Counted from the stretch's first letter, positions 12,566-24,720 are shown. The stretch is DNA of 64,000 bases from Octopus sinensis (GCF_006345805.1 NC_043006.1:62310001-62374000), one strand, 5' to 3'. Made by a program: numbers and translations. The notes: generated by a model from the letters alone, not told the origin.

Positions 12566-12977
12566 ATATATATATAAAACTATAAATACAAGCGTAAAAG
12601 TTATTAAATATTTTATTACGAGTGGTCGGCATGTATACTAAAAGCATTAGGCGTAAAATATTTGTTTATCAGAGTGTATAGATACACGGAGAAAAGACAA
12701 TCGATAGCACTTCTTACATGCTAGAAACAAATTCGAAAGGTGCGTTGCATGTCGGTACTAAAATGAATAAGATATTAGTAATTTTTACCCTTATATTTAT
12801 AGTTGAAGTTTTCAGTTATCAGGCCATTTAGTAGACTATTGAATCTATTCACTGCTGTACTGTCCTGACGTAGCCCGTTGGGACACTGTAGTGGAATTCA
12901 TGAACTGAGGGCGAGCCTCTCTAATTTATATTTAAGGTACGTATTCAAGTTTCATAATTATGAATTTTTCCCAGCGA

Positions 12978-13063
12978 CCTTACTGACGAGCTACATATGG
13001 CGGATCGATCAATTGATTAATTGATTTACTAAGTCATTAAAGGTGAAACTCATGAGTATAGGG
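12978..13063 (+). ncRNA. Type I hammerhead ribozyme motif with extended helix II
   Basis: CCUUA-CUGACGA-G[..AUGGC..AUCAAUU..AAUUGAU..GUCAU..]U-GAAA-CUCAUGAG-UA-UAGGG; palindromic ACUCAUGAGU. Confidence 0.75.
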
Positions 13064-13584
13064 CTTACTGAATTTTTATTCATTCTAGTGCCCACATGCG
13101 ATGTGCCTTGAAAGTTGTTTTCGTGGTTTGGGTTGTGACTGCCCCTTCTATCGATGGTCTACTTTCTGTGTATTTATACAATCTCATAAATACATATGAA
13201 TATACCAGCTGAATTACTTGGCGTTTCCCGGGTTACTGCTATTCTTTTCCAGATTAGTTAACAATAAATATAAAGTTATAGTTTCCTTTTTTCTGATAAT
13301 TAATAATAAATATCCAAATTTTAATGATAATAGAATTTGGAACTGAAAAATGTGTGAAACTTGAAGCACCTCAGTGTAAACAATATCCATTGTGTAATTT
13401 TTGTCTGTGTCCAAATGAATAAATTACTACTACTTCCAACTCGTGAGCAACCAGCATAGAGTTGGACGTGAAAGAAGTATGTATTAGATGAAACCCAACT
13501 CCCTTCAGAGATTGACCCTGGGATTTGTTAACTGAAACACCTAAACTTAGCTTGACTGGATATTCAAGCCTCGTAAATTCAAAT

Positions 13585-13960
13585 ATGAGGTATGAGAGGA
13601 AATTTTGGAATACAGAAATTTTCCTCTCTCTGGCTACCTGTTATAATTGTTGCTTGTAGGACATGGGGTTTCAAGAATGCAACAATTAAGCGATTTCCAG
13701 TACACAGTTGAGGTAGGTCAAGATTCCTATGCAATATAATAGGGTCATCCAGCTTTAATGTCAAGGTATGCGGTGGTATCCCATTAGGTTTAAGTGTGTT
13801 AACAAATTCGACAGGGTATTGGACAGCCTAATTCTGATCGACTGTTGCGTGAATTGGTGGAAAATTAATTTCTGGTGTATCTGTTGTTTTGAAGAAGTTC
13901 ATGATTGACTGTATCATGCATTTCATAAGTTGGAGTCAGTATATAATGTGCTTTGCTCTC
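13585..13960 (-). mobile_element. Helitron Pif1-family helicase remnant
   Basis: QYPVEFVNTLKPNGIPPHTLTLKLDDPIILHRNLDLPQLCTGNRLIV...IPKFPLIP matches the Pif1 YP.EFLN...G.PPH.L.LK...PI.LLRNL...LCNGTRL motif; upstream IILTPT. Confidence 0.85.
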
Positions 13961-13970
13961 TTATACATGA

Positions 13971-14404
13971 GGAAGGCGCAGACACAGACTCACTGACAAA
14001 CAAATAAACACTCTTACACAAAATGTGTCGTCGTTGTGGTATAAAATGCCCTTTATTATCTCGTACGTAAGGAAGGCGCAAACACACAAACATTGACAAA
14101 CGTATACATACATTTTCACGTACGGATACACAAGTACACTATCACATGCACTCACATACATATACTAGGACAAACACACACAGATGTACGTTCACGTTAC
14201 GAACGTGAAAATACACACATACTAACAAACACATACGCACTCATATACAAAATGTGTCGTGGTCGTGGTCGTGGACGTGGTATAAAATGACCTTTACTAC
14301 GTCGTACGTAAAGCATGCGCAAACACACAAACTCGAAGATACATTCACACTCATGTACAAAATGTGACGTCGTCCTCGACATGGTATAAAATGTCATTTG
14401 CTAT
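13971..14404. repeat. Irregular minisatellite (3-4 diverged units)
   Basis: AAATGTG.CGT...TGGTATAAAATG recurs at ~14021, 14230 and 14361; GCGCA.ACACA.AC recurs at ~13976, 14076 and 14317. Confidence 0.65.
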
Positions 14405-14659
14405 AGTTGACTATAAAAAGATTATTTTCGATAAAATATATTGTTTTAATCGAAAGGAAAATAAAAATTACATGTTGACACTAATTTCATGTAATATTTT
14501 GATGGAGCGGTTTGGTGGATATAGTGGTACCATTTGAGAAAGCACAAGGAACAGACAGATGGATAGACACGCACACAAAGAATTTTATATAGACACACAC
14601 ACACGCACACACACACACACACACAAACACACGCATATATATATATATATATATATATA

Positions 14660-14716
<57 letters not shown>

Positions 14717-14807
14717 TACATTCTTACGTACATGCGTATGGGCATGAATACGTTCACACAAAGAACTATAGTTTGCAAATATTACATCATTTCTCTGACA
14801 AATTCTC

Positions 14808-14977
14808 TTTCCTTTACTACACTAAGCACAAAGCCCACACTTTTTAGATCGATCTCAGCCCGAAAGGTGAAAGGCAAAGTCGACCTCGGCGGAATTTGAA
14901 CTCAGAACGTAAAGGCAGACGAAATACTGCTAAGCATTTCGTCCGGTGTGCTAATGTTTCTGCCAGCTCACCGCCTT
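14808..14977 (-). mobile_element. tRNA-derived SINE (family 3), internally deleted
   Basis: Shares head and GAGTTCAAATTCCGCC-GAGGTCGACTTTGCCTTTCA with 17117-17348. Confidence 0.85.
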
Positions 14978-15552
14978 AAATTCAAAATTAATATTGCGTT
15001 CGGAATAGTGAAGCTGAAACATTTGACATTTAACTGGAAGCTAAAATAATATCATTGCACACGAAATTGGTTTGCATGTTTGCAAACCAGAAATTTCCGC
15101 AAATATTTCACAGTTCTGTTGCTTGGATTGTATTACATATATGTTTAAGTTACGTTTTTATTTTTATTTCATTTCTTCTTGCATAGTTATTTATCTTTGT
15201 TTGCCGCTATTCTTTTTTTTGTTTTGTTGTATGATCTCAATATTTTGCTGTTTCCTTTCATACGCTTTAGTGTACTTTTCTGTATTTCATTTCATTGTAG
15301 TTGTTTTCAATATTTTTATGTTGCTATTAATAAAAAGTATTTTGGCATACATTGGACTTTCTATGGTCATACGCAAGAACACATACACGCATTGAATAGA
15401 ATACAAGAACAACACAATCATACAGAAACAAATCCATGCAAAAGCACAAAAAATTATACACACATGCGACATGTGTAATATGCGTGTGTGAGTGCGAGCT
15501 TACATATGTCACATTGTTAAATATTCTTTTGTTTTTTAGTTCTTGTTCTATT

Positions 15553-15828
15553 TTATTATTATTATTGTTATTATTATTATTACTATTATTATTATTATTA
15601 TTATTACTATTACTATTATTATTATTATTATTAGTAGTAGTAGTAGTAGTGGTAGTAGCAGCAGCAGCAGCAGTAGTAGTTGTAGTAGTTGTATCACCAT
15701 CATCATCGTTGTCATCATCATTATTATCATTATTATTATTATTGTTATTAATATTATTATTGCTATTAATATTATTATTATTATTATTATTAATATTAAT
15801 AGCATTATTGTTATTAATATTATTATTA

Positions 15829-15871
<43 letters not shown>

Positions 15872-15992
15872 TACTATTATTATTATTATTATGATTGTTA
15901 TTATTTTGATTGTTATTATTATTATTATTATTATTATGATTATGATTATTATTATGATTATGATTATGATTATTATTATGATTATGATTATG

Positions 15993-16025
<33 letters not shown>
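15553..16025. repeat. ~470-bp (TTA)n compound microsatellite with TAG/CAG/TCA/TGATTA blocks; expanded tail of the adjacent retroposon
   Basis: Directly visible and contiguous with the 3' end of the minus-strand element at 16025-16385. Confidence 0.9.
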
Positions 16026-16385
16026 GCGTGAAAGAGGATCACATACCATCAAAGTGACACTACAAATAAACGAGCCGCAATATACACATCATGTCTACCC
16101 GTCTGAGATGGGTGCACCAGGTACATGCATCAGAACCATATATGCGGTAGATGGTGATTTCATATCAAGATAAACAACGCATCACCTTGAGGTCGAGTAG
16201 CCCATCCCGCTCAAAAGGTCCCAGAATAAGGGTTGTTTAAGTATCTTGAATGAAACACCCATGTTTACAGAGGTGAATTATTGAAACCCCAAAACACTCC
16301 TCACAACACGCAGCTGTGATGCACCCCCACTACTTCTCCTTGTTATAAGAGATGCGAATATTGTCAGTCATCAAGGGACATACTC
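16025..16385 (-). mobile_element. Second copy of the repeat at 1-484
   Basis: GGTCGAGTAGCCCATCCCGCTCAAAAGGTCCC.GAATAAGGGTTGTTTAAG is the reverse complement of the ~230-280 region. Confidence 0.75.
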
Positions 16386-16498
16386 CAGAATTGCTTCCCA
16401 GGCCTATGTAAGCTTTTAAATTGTTTCAACTAAGGAAGTAACTGAAGTATCTTTGCTAAGTCCGAAACTGAAAGCACTTGATAGCAAGCAACTATAGA

Positions 16499-16668
16499 GT
16501 CCTGTACGAAGGAATATATCTGGCTTGGTTTAGCAAACATACGTAGAGGAAACAGCACGGAGCATAGGAGAGCGGGTAAATGTGCATTGGAGGGAACTTA
16601 AGGAAGGGAAGATCTCGTCGGTTCTGTACCAGCACGCCGAGCAGGAAGACGGGGCTTCAACGACATAG
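16499..16668 (+). mobile_element. GIY-YIG endonuclease remnant (Penelope-like, different subgroup from the 29-31 kb copies)
   Basis: Hand translation: VLYEGIYLAW, frameshift, then QTYVEETARSIGERVNVHWRELKEGKISSVLYQH, similar to V.Y...C..C..YVGET.R...R..EH. Confidence 0.6.
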
Positions 16669-17116
16669 AAGCTAAAATATTGCCCACACATAGAACAAAC
16701 GCAACGCTTAGATAGATTACAAAAGCTACACACATAAGACGCATGTGTTGTTAGGTGTTTCTTCAATCGGATGTGAAACAGTCAGATCTTGATAACGATG
16801 TGGTTGTTGCTGTATTTGAAACACCATACCTGGTAGTTGAGTTGCGGATATGCAGAGCTATTCTTCCTTGTTGGTTCTCTACCTTGATAGGCGTCAACAA
16901 AGGGACGGTCCCGAGTACAGTAGTACAATCCCGAGACCATCCACTATGTATTCTTTGCCACGATCAAAAGTATCACCACTATGAGGATGCCTCGTATTGT
17001 TTGGTACCAGCAGCATGTTTTCCATCGTCGCGACGGAAAAGGTCACTACTGCACAATGATGATTGTTGCCAAAGCCTGCCACCACCTTATCACCGACACC
17101 AACTACAGCATATACC

Positions 17117-17348
17117 TATTTCTTTACTACTCACAAGGGGCTAAACACAGAGTACAAACAAGGACAGACAAACGGATTAAGTCGATTACATCGACCCCAG
17201 TGCGTAACTGGTACTTATTTAATCGACCCCGAAAGGATGAAAGGCAAAGTCGACCTCAGCGGAATTTGAACTCAGAACGCAGCGACAGACGAAATACTGC
17301 AAAGCATTTCGCCCGGCGTGCTAACGTTTCTTCCAGCTCGCCGCCTTA
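17117..17348 (-). mobile_element. tRNA-derived SINE (family 3), full length, with 14-bp target-site duplication
   Basis: Head GGCGGCGAGCTGG.AGAAACGTTAG, B-box GAGTTCAAATTCC, central GCCTTTCATCCTTTCGGGGTCGAT..AAGTACCAG; TSD CTACAGCATATACC at 17103-17116 and 17352-17365. Confidence 0.9.
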
Positions 17349-20300
17349 AACCTACAGCATATACCACAATCACAACCAGTACTAATGTAGATAGTTATCT
17401 TCAGCACCACTGCTACCAATCTACATGTAGCCATCCATAACCACTCAGACTATGACTTCTACGGCCATCGAAACACCATTTGATGAAACTGCTTTGGCTA
17501 TCACGTCCACCGAACAAAATGGCGTCACTATATCTTAAAAGCAAACCCACATATCTCGAACTGCACTAATTTGTATAACCTTACTTGTGAATATATCCGT
17601 TGTCTGTCTTTGTATTTATGTGAGTGTTGTGTGTGTGTGGTGTGTGGGCGTGTTTCGGATGACTGTTTAAATGTGTGTATGTAAATGTATGAGCATTTAT
17701 ATGGATTCCTTTGGTTGAATAGCTTTTATTTATCTATTTGAATCATTTAGTATAGGCAGGCACATGCTTATCTGTTAAGAATATATAAAAATACTGTAAA
17801 ATAAATACCGTTGCTCATGATCTCGTTTCTCGTAAAAACGAAATAAGTGTTAGATTGTTCACTATGTGTGACACAAAAGGCAACATGAATCTCACTTAAC
17901 TTCACTGTTCTGCTGATAGAACATACCATATGCTTCTATGTTAAAACGTAGGGTAACATGATTTCAATATTAGCGTTAATGTGAGTGATTAAACCGGTTC
18001 TCTTTAACTAAGCCACGATTAAGCCGAGCAGCATTTTTATGGAACGTACAAGCTCCTGATAATTGAATACAAGGGTTAATGGCCAAAAAACTGCCTTCTC
18101 TGCGGTAAAGTCTTGTATGATACACTGAACGTCAAAAGAAGAGAATTCATTTTGTGAAATTTAGAGCTGATAGGCTTTTTATTTCATGCATACATTAGCT
18201 GGGACGATATTAAATGTTTACAAACGAGACAAATTAAAATGGGATAAGAATAAAAGTTAATGACCCTCGTGTATGGAAAAACATCAGACACTAGCAAAGA
18301 ATTATTTTATCGCATGCATGTTATATAATCCATGTAGAATTCTTGTGTAAATATTGGACATGTGATTAAAAATTTAAACGAAAGAAACACTTTATTTTTA
18401 TAAATTATTTTCAATGACGTTTAATTTCTAGGAATACACTTGCACTATTTGGTAAACTTATTGTTTGCCTTTTCCCAGGAAACTATTAATTATGATAATG
18501 TTTTACGTACTGACTTCAAGTCCGCTTTTCCAATTCCAATTAGAGTATCACGACATAATCGTTTCCGAAACGCATTTCTAAGTATTTGCAATGTAGCACA
18601 TATGTCATCTTCATATGATAATGAAAAAGTTAGCAATAGTATGATTATAATAGCTAATAAAATAATTTAAACTGTTTTATGGATGATCTGACCCATTTTG
18701 CCTACAGCGAAATACGTCATGAAATTAATATTTCTGAAAATTAGATATATTTTATAAAATATCATAAGTTTGCTCATTTAATTTATCAAATATAGTCGTT
18801 CTTGTCTTATGAAGTTGCAAAGATTCATCCGTGGTACAAGGTTTCAAATACATCTGAAATGACATAATAGTAAATAGGATAATATTGAAGAACGAAATAC
18901 GTTACACAGCCGTGAATTTCATGTTACTTAAACCTCTGAAGAAGCAGAAAAGTTATAAACAAGCTTGATTTGATATGTGCATTATTTATGAAACCGGTTT
19001 CTTTTCTTGAACTTCAAACACGATCACTTCCGATTTATTCTCATATCATATATTAACAATAGCCCGATATGCATCCGCTTCTTAGCTTTCCTCGTATGTT
19101 TTCCCGCAAGTTTTTTTTTTCTATCTGAATGGAAACGTTCTCCTTGTTTGGCGCAACAGCCATTAATTTACAAGAAAGTAGTCTAAATGATTGTGGAGGA
19201 AATGCAATATAAAACTTGCATTCGAAACGGAAAGAAGTAACTTTCATCAGATCTTTGTTGTTTGGGGATTTATTTTTGTCCGAATAGCTTTTCATAACTT
19301 ATGTTCTTGAATGCTTCTCAGGCATTATTCTCAACATATTCAACTTAACTCATAAATAGCCCATTCTTTATCAATGTTCTTATCTTCAGTCGATCAAAGA
19401 TACCTAACTTCTACTTCTATTAACTTATACTCGGCAAATGTTTCCATTTTTACTGAGTGTTACACTTTCGAACACTAAAAATCCTCTTCCTGATCATTTC
19501 TTCCTCGTGTAGGGAAACCTGTTAGTACTATACTCTCATAAATGCACAAGAAAAGTTTTCTTTTGCCTAAGGAGTACACCAATCACTTAAATACGCACAT
19601 GATAAAAATTTTGAAGCAATTTGCGCTTCTTGAGTGCTACTTACGTGACTTTATAATTTCCTTTCAAATGTACATAATGGGCTAGCGTTATAATAGGTAA
19701 TACATTTAAATTATGTCAATGAGACGCACATTAAATTGGCCATTCAGTTTTTAATAAAGATATAGGCATCCGTATGATACATATAATTATCGCGTTGTAT
19801 TTAAAAAGAATTTTATAGAACATGACAATGACTGATGTCATTCTACATAGTGTAGATCTGAAATAAACTGTTTCTCTAATATTGAAATTTAAATTTTGCT
19901 CCCAGTGCTAGCAGGATATGTTGATTCAACATACAACGAAGTACTTTGCTGAGCTCTCTGAATATTTAATTTGCTCTGAGAACCATCCAGATTGGGTGAA
20001 AATTTAGCTACTCTTCCATCACCGGATTGTGTGTAACTTCATCCTTCGGGCTTATTTCCGTTGTGCACCATTAATATTTAAGAATAGTTGAGTAGATCAA
20101 AATTAATTCTGACGCAATGAGTTACAGAAGCCTAAGAGCAAGTTTGGAAATCTTCAATTTTATATTGATGCTACATCCACTTATATCAATTATACAAATG
20201 TAGGAATCTTCATGGCGACTCGTCATTTCTCTCCTTATTATTAAGAGGCAGAAGCTCATTTCATTGCTTTAGATTTGTTTTTTACCGACTAATTTCAGAT

Positions 20301-20733
20301 TTGAAAAGAGGGACAGGAACTTGAAAAGATCTAGCTATGCTATGGACACACTTCATCAGGAAACATCCTCGGTTATAATGTGACTCAATATTTGGAGTCA
20401 CATTGTGCCCTCTAGTTGTGTTTTATTTCTGATTAAATTATGCTGGATTTTGATATTTCACTATGGATTATCAGTTATGATTTCTTGTTGTTGAAATAGA
20501 ATATTTGGGCATTAGACGCGTTGAAAAATCTTTCAAGTTCTGGTGTCGGTTGGAGGCTGTTGTATAAGTCGTGAGTGGATTATCTATGATTGGGGTAGGT
20601 TAGGAATGAATGAAGGGCATTATGACTCGAGCATGTGGTAACTCAAGATTATATGGACTAAGCAACAACGTTTAGGGAAATTGCATTAATCATATTGAAA
20701 TATTCTTAGGAAAATCTGAATATATTCAACTGG

Positions 20734-20789
<56 letters not shown>

Positions 20790-20847
20790 GCTACTGCTAC
20801 TGCTGTTACTGTTGCCGCCGCTGCTGCTTCTAATACTACTGCTGCTG

Positions 20848-20884
<37 letters not shown>

Positions 20885-21004
20885 GCTACTACTGCTACGG
20901 TTACTGCTGCCCCCATTGCTGCTGCTTCTACTACTACTACTACTACGCTACTACTACTGCTTATACTCTTGCCGCTGCTGCTGCTTCTAATACTACTGCT
21001 GCTG

Positions 21005-21037
<33 letters not shown>

Positions 21038-21046
21038 TACTACTAC

Positions 21047-21086
<40 letters not shown>

Positions 21087-21098
21087 GCTACTACTATA
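20734..21098. repeat. (CTA)n/(CTG)n compound trinucleotide microsatellite
   Basis: Directly visible; GCCGCTGCTGCTTCTAATACTACTGCTGCTG occurs twice within it. Confidence 0.95.
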
Positions 21099-21355
21099 AT
21101 GATGACATTTAAGTTTATAATATCTATTAGAGACTAATATACGAAATACAAATAATTCTGAATAGAATTTGTCATATTCTGTCAACGTTTTTACAGAGAA
21201 TTTCAACAATTTAAATAAGTTAATTGCTCAAACTTATGCCGCATTTAAAATTGCATTTAACAGATAGATTAAACGTCACATACACGCACATATACATACA
21301 TGCATGCGCATATACATGGATGCATATTACTCTATCGATATATGTATATATATAC

Positions 21356-21407
<52 letters not shown>

Positions 21408-21756
21408 AAATATGAGATCTAATGATCGAGGTTTAGGAGGAAATTAGCTTCAAGCAATCCGGAATACATATAAAAATCAACTTCCAGAGATAATAGTGTT
21501 TTACTGATGCGGAAGGTTGTGGATTTTTTTCTTATCGATGTTCGATAAAATGAAAAGAAGTACTTTTTACATTTCACAGTAGGCAACCAGGGTTGCTTTA
21601 TATACAAATAAGAATACATATGTTTCATAGCAGGCAGAAACTCGGATGTGGTAAATATCCAAGCGAGGCTACTCTTGGGCCCGTGGTGTAGCCTGCAGTA
21701 TACACCTCGTTTGGATATTTAGCACTTGGATCTTATCTACTCCATTCCTTAAATCT

Positions 21757-21815
<59 letters not shown>

Positions 21816-21910
21816 TTATATAATAAATATTAGGGAATAAATCCAAATTTACAGGGAAAAAAAATCAGATTTAGGATTAAATCCAATTTTATAGTAAAAT
21901 ATCATATAAA

Positions 21911-22134
21911 ATTAATTAGAGACAAAACCACTATTTTACAAAACAAACAAGGAAAGACTTAATCAATACATAAAATTTTAATAAAAAGTAAAAAATAAAA
22001 AGTATTTTTACTTTTTTATATTTTTTATTTTTTATTTTTTATTTTTTTTTTTTATTTTTTACTTTTTATTAAAATTTTATGTATTGATTAAGTCTTTCCT
22101 TGTTTGTTTTGCAAAATAGTGGTTTTGTCTCTAA

Positions 22135-22139
<5 letters not shown>
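21911..22139. repeat. Near-perfect ~90-bp inverted repeat (21911-22001, 22049-22139)
   Basis: ATTAATTAGAGACAAAACCACTATTTT..GGAAAGACTTAATCAATACATAAAATTTTAATAAAAAGT and its reverse complement, about one mismatch. Confidence 0.9.
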
Positions 22140-22222
<83 letters not shown>

Positions 22223-22522
22223 ATATAAATGTGTACATACACAAATACATATTTCTTGCGTCTACTGAGAGTCATTATACAGATATTAAGAACTCGTGCA
22301 TTGGTTCAAAAACAATCACCAGCATATACACAATAAAAAACAGAGACCCATAAACACAAACACTCACCCACACCCAGACTCGCATCCACACAGAAGTCAC
22401 TGGAAACGTTGTTATGGCAACGAAAGGATTTGGCGAACGAAAAGAAACAATAAATGGACAAAAAACAAACGGTTGACAGTTAAAGAAACGATCGAATAGT
22501 TAAGCAATTGACTAATACATAC

Positions 22523-22553
<31 letters not shown>

Positions 22554-22837
22554 AATATATATATATATACGTATGTATGTATTTATGTAGGTATGTCTGT
22601 CTGTATGCATATATATATATATATATATATAAGCACAAATACAAACACACGCATGCGTATGAAATAAATGACACAAACGGAAACGAGATTCTTTATTAAT
22701 CACAGTGATCAGTTCGACTCATCTTACAACGACCCGTCGCAGGTGAAATACTATAGAACTGCTTATTATGCATCCTTCGACGCAGATGCGTCTCTGTAGG
22801 TAATTATTCAAAAAGGTACCACGTTTAATAAACCCGG

Positions 22838-22884
22838 AGAAATGGTACACAATTACATTGTATTTGTAATTGTGTACCATTTCT
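22838..22884. repeat. Perfect 20-bp stem hairpin with 7-nt loop
   Basis: AGAAATGGTACACAATTACA-ttgtatt-TGTAATTGTGTACCATTTCT. Confidence 0.9.
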
Positions 22885-22899
22885 TCGCATTTTCATCCT

Positions 22900-23147
22900 T
22901 GTTTTCGTATACATTCGCTTGCTTTCTTCCAATGAATCTAGTACACTTAACTTAGATTTTCTTGGGGGTAGCCAGGTCGGAGCACTCTCGAATATAACCG
23001 GCCGAAACTTCTACGACGATCTGGAACTCGACTGACGATACAAAACACCCGAATGATCCGTCTTTGTTTTTCCAGTCCATTTTTTGTATCGATGTTTTGT
23101 ATTCGCTGGTTACGTTATTCTTCCATTTTTGGGTTTTGTCTTCTTTC

Positions 23148-23190
<43 letters not shown>

Positions 23191-23227
23191 CGGCGTACGT
23201 ACACATTTGGTCTCCTGTATATATATA

Positions 23228-23266
<39 letters not shown>

Positions 23267-24115
23267 TGTGTTTGTGGGTGGGTGTACTGTGTATATATAT
23301 ATAAATTCTGTACGACTCTCTTACTCCTTCATTTAGCCACCTTCACGCTTTCTTCGTTCTTTCCGCTTTTCGCTCGCTCCCCCTCTCACATATTACTTGG
23401 CCTTCCCCTTATTCCCATCACGTTCCCTACTCCCTTACCTCATCCTGTCCCTTTGCTTTCGTATACATTCGCTTACTTTCTTCCCAAAAATTTAGTGTTC
23501 TTAGCTTAGATTTTTTGGGGGCCAGTCAGATTAGCGCTGTCTAGAGTGCAACTGGTTGAAACTGCAACAACGATCTGGAACTTGACTGGCGACAGAAAGC
23601 TCAGAATGACCCGTCCTTGTTTTTTCCTGTCCTTTTTTGCATCCTCTAACTGTCCAGATGTATTGTTGTCGCCTGTTACATTATTGCTCCATGCTTTATT
23701 TTGTTATATATATATAAATTCTGTACGACTCTCTTACTCCTTCATTTAGCCACCTTCACGCTTTCTTCGTTCTTTCCGCTTTTCGCTCGCTCCCCCTCTC
23801 ACATATACTTGGCCTTCCCCTTATTCCCATCACGTTCCCTACTCCCTTACCTCATCCTGTCCCTTGCTTTCGTATACATTCGCTTACTTTCTTACAAAAA
23901 ATTTAGTGTTCTTAGCTTAGATTTTTTGGGGGCCAGTCAGATTAGCGCTGTCTAGAGTGCAACGGTTGAAACTGCAATAACGATCTGGAACTTGACTGGC
24001 GACAGAAAGCTCAGAATGACCCGTCCTTGTTTTTTTCCTGTCCTTTTTTGCATCCTCTAACTGTCCAGATGTATTGTTGTCGCCTGTTACATTATTGCTC
24101 CATGCTTTATTTTGT
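22900..24115 (+). repeat. ~413-bp tandem duplication (23301-23705, 23714-24115) plus diverged partial copy (~22900-23148); Penelope pseudo-LTR-like
   Basis: Both units start ATAAATTCTGTACGACTCTC and end CCATGCTTTATTTTGTT; the partial copy shares CGTATACATTCGCTT, CTTAGATTTT and CGATCTGGAAC. Confidence 0.9.
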
Positions 24116-24162
<47 letters not shown>

Positions 24163-24165
24163 AAA

Positions 24166-24582
24166 CAGAAGTGGCTGCGTGGTAAGTAGCTTGCTAACCA
24201 ACCACATGGTTCCGGGTTCAGTCCCACTGCGTGGCATCTTGGGCAAGTGTATTCTGCTATAGCCCCGGGCCGACCAATGTCTTGTGAGTGGATTTGGTAG
24301 ACGGAAACTGAAAGAAGCCTGTCGTATATATGTATATATATATATATGTATGTGTGTGTGTTTGTGTGTCTGTGTTTCTTCCCATAGCATTGCTTGACAA
24401 CCGATGCTGGTGTGTTTACGTCCCCGTCACTTAGCGGTTCGGCAAAAAGAGACCGATAGAATAAGTACTGGGCTTACAAAAAGAATAAGTCCAGGGGTCG
24501 AGTTGCTCGACTAAAGGCGGTGCTCCAGCATGGCCGCAGTCAAATGACTGAAACAAGTAAAAGAGTAAAAGAGAGTAAAGAG
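24166..24582 (+). mobile_element. tRNA-derived SINE (family 2), full length
   Basis: A-box TGGCTGCGTGG, B-box GGTTCAGTCCC, 3' GCATGGCCGCAGTCAAATGACTGAAACAAGTAAAAGAG tail; inserted in (TA)n. Confidence 0.9.
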
Positions 24583-24615
<33 letters not shown>

Positions 24616-24680
24616 TATATATAAGAAAGAGAGAGAGAATGACAGACAGAGAGGGAAAGAGAGAGAGAGTGGGAGAGAGA

Positions 24681-24720
<40 letters not shown>

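Noticed and set aside
15327-16052. 241-aa poly-Asn ORF and overlapping poly-Leu/Ile ORFs
   Set aside because: Translations of the (TTA)n tract; no real coding signal.
19053-19295. ORF with FPPQSFRLL, reminiscent of a pogo-type LPP..S..LQP motif
   Set aside because: A single weak motif is insufficient.
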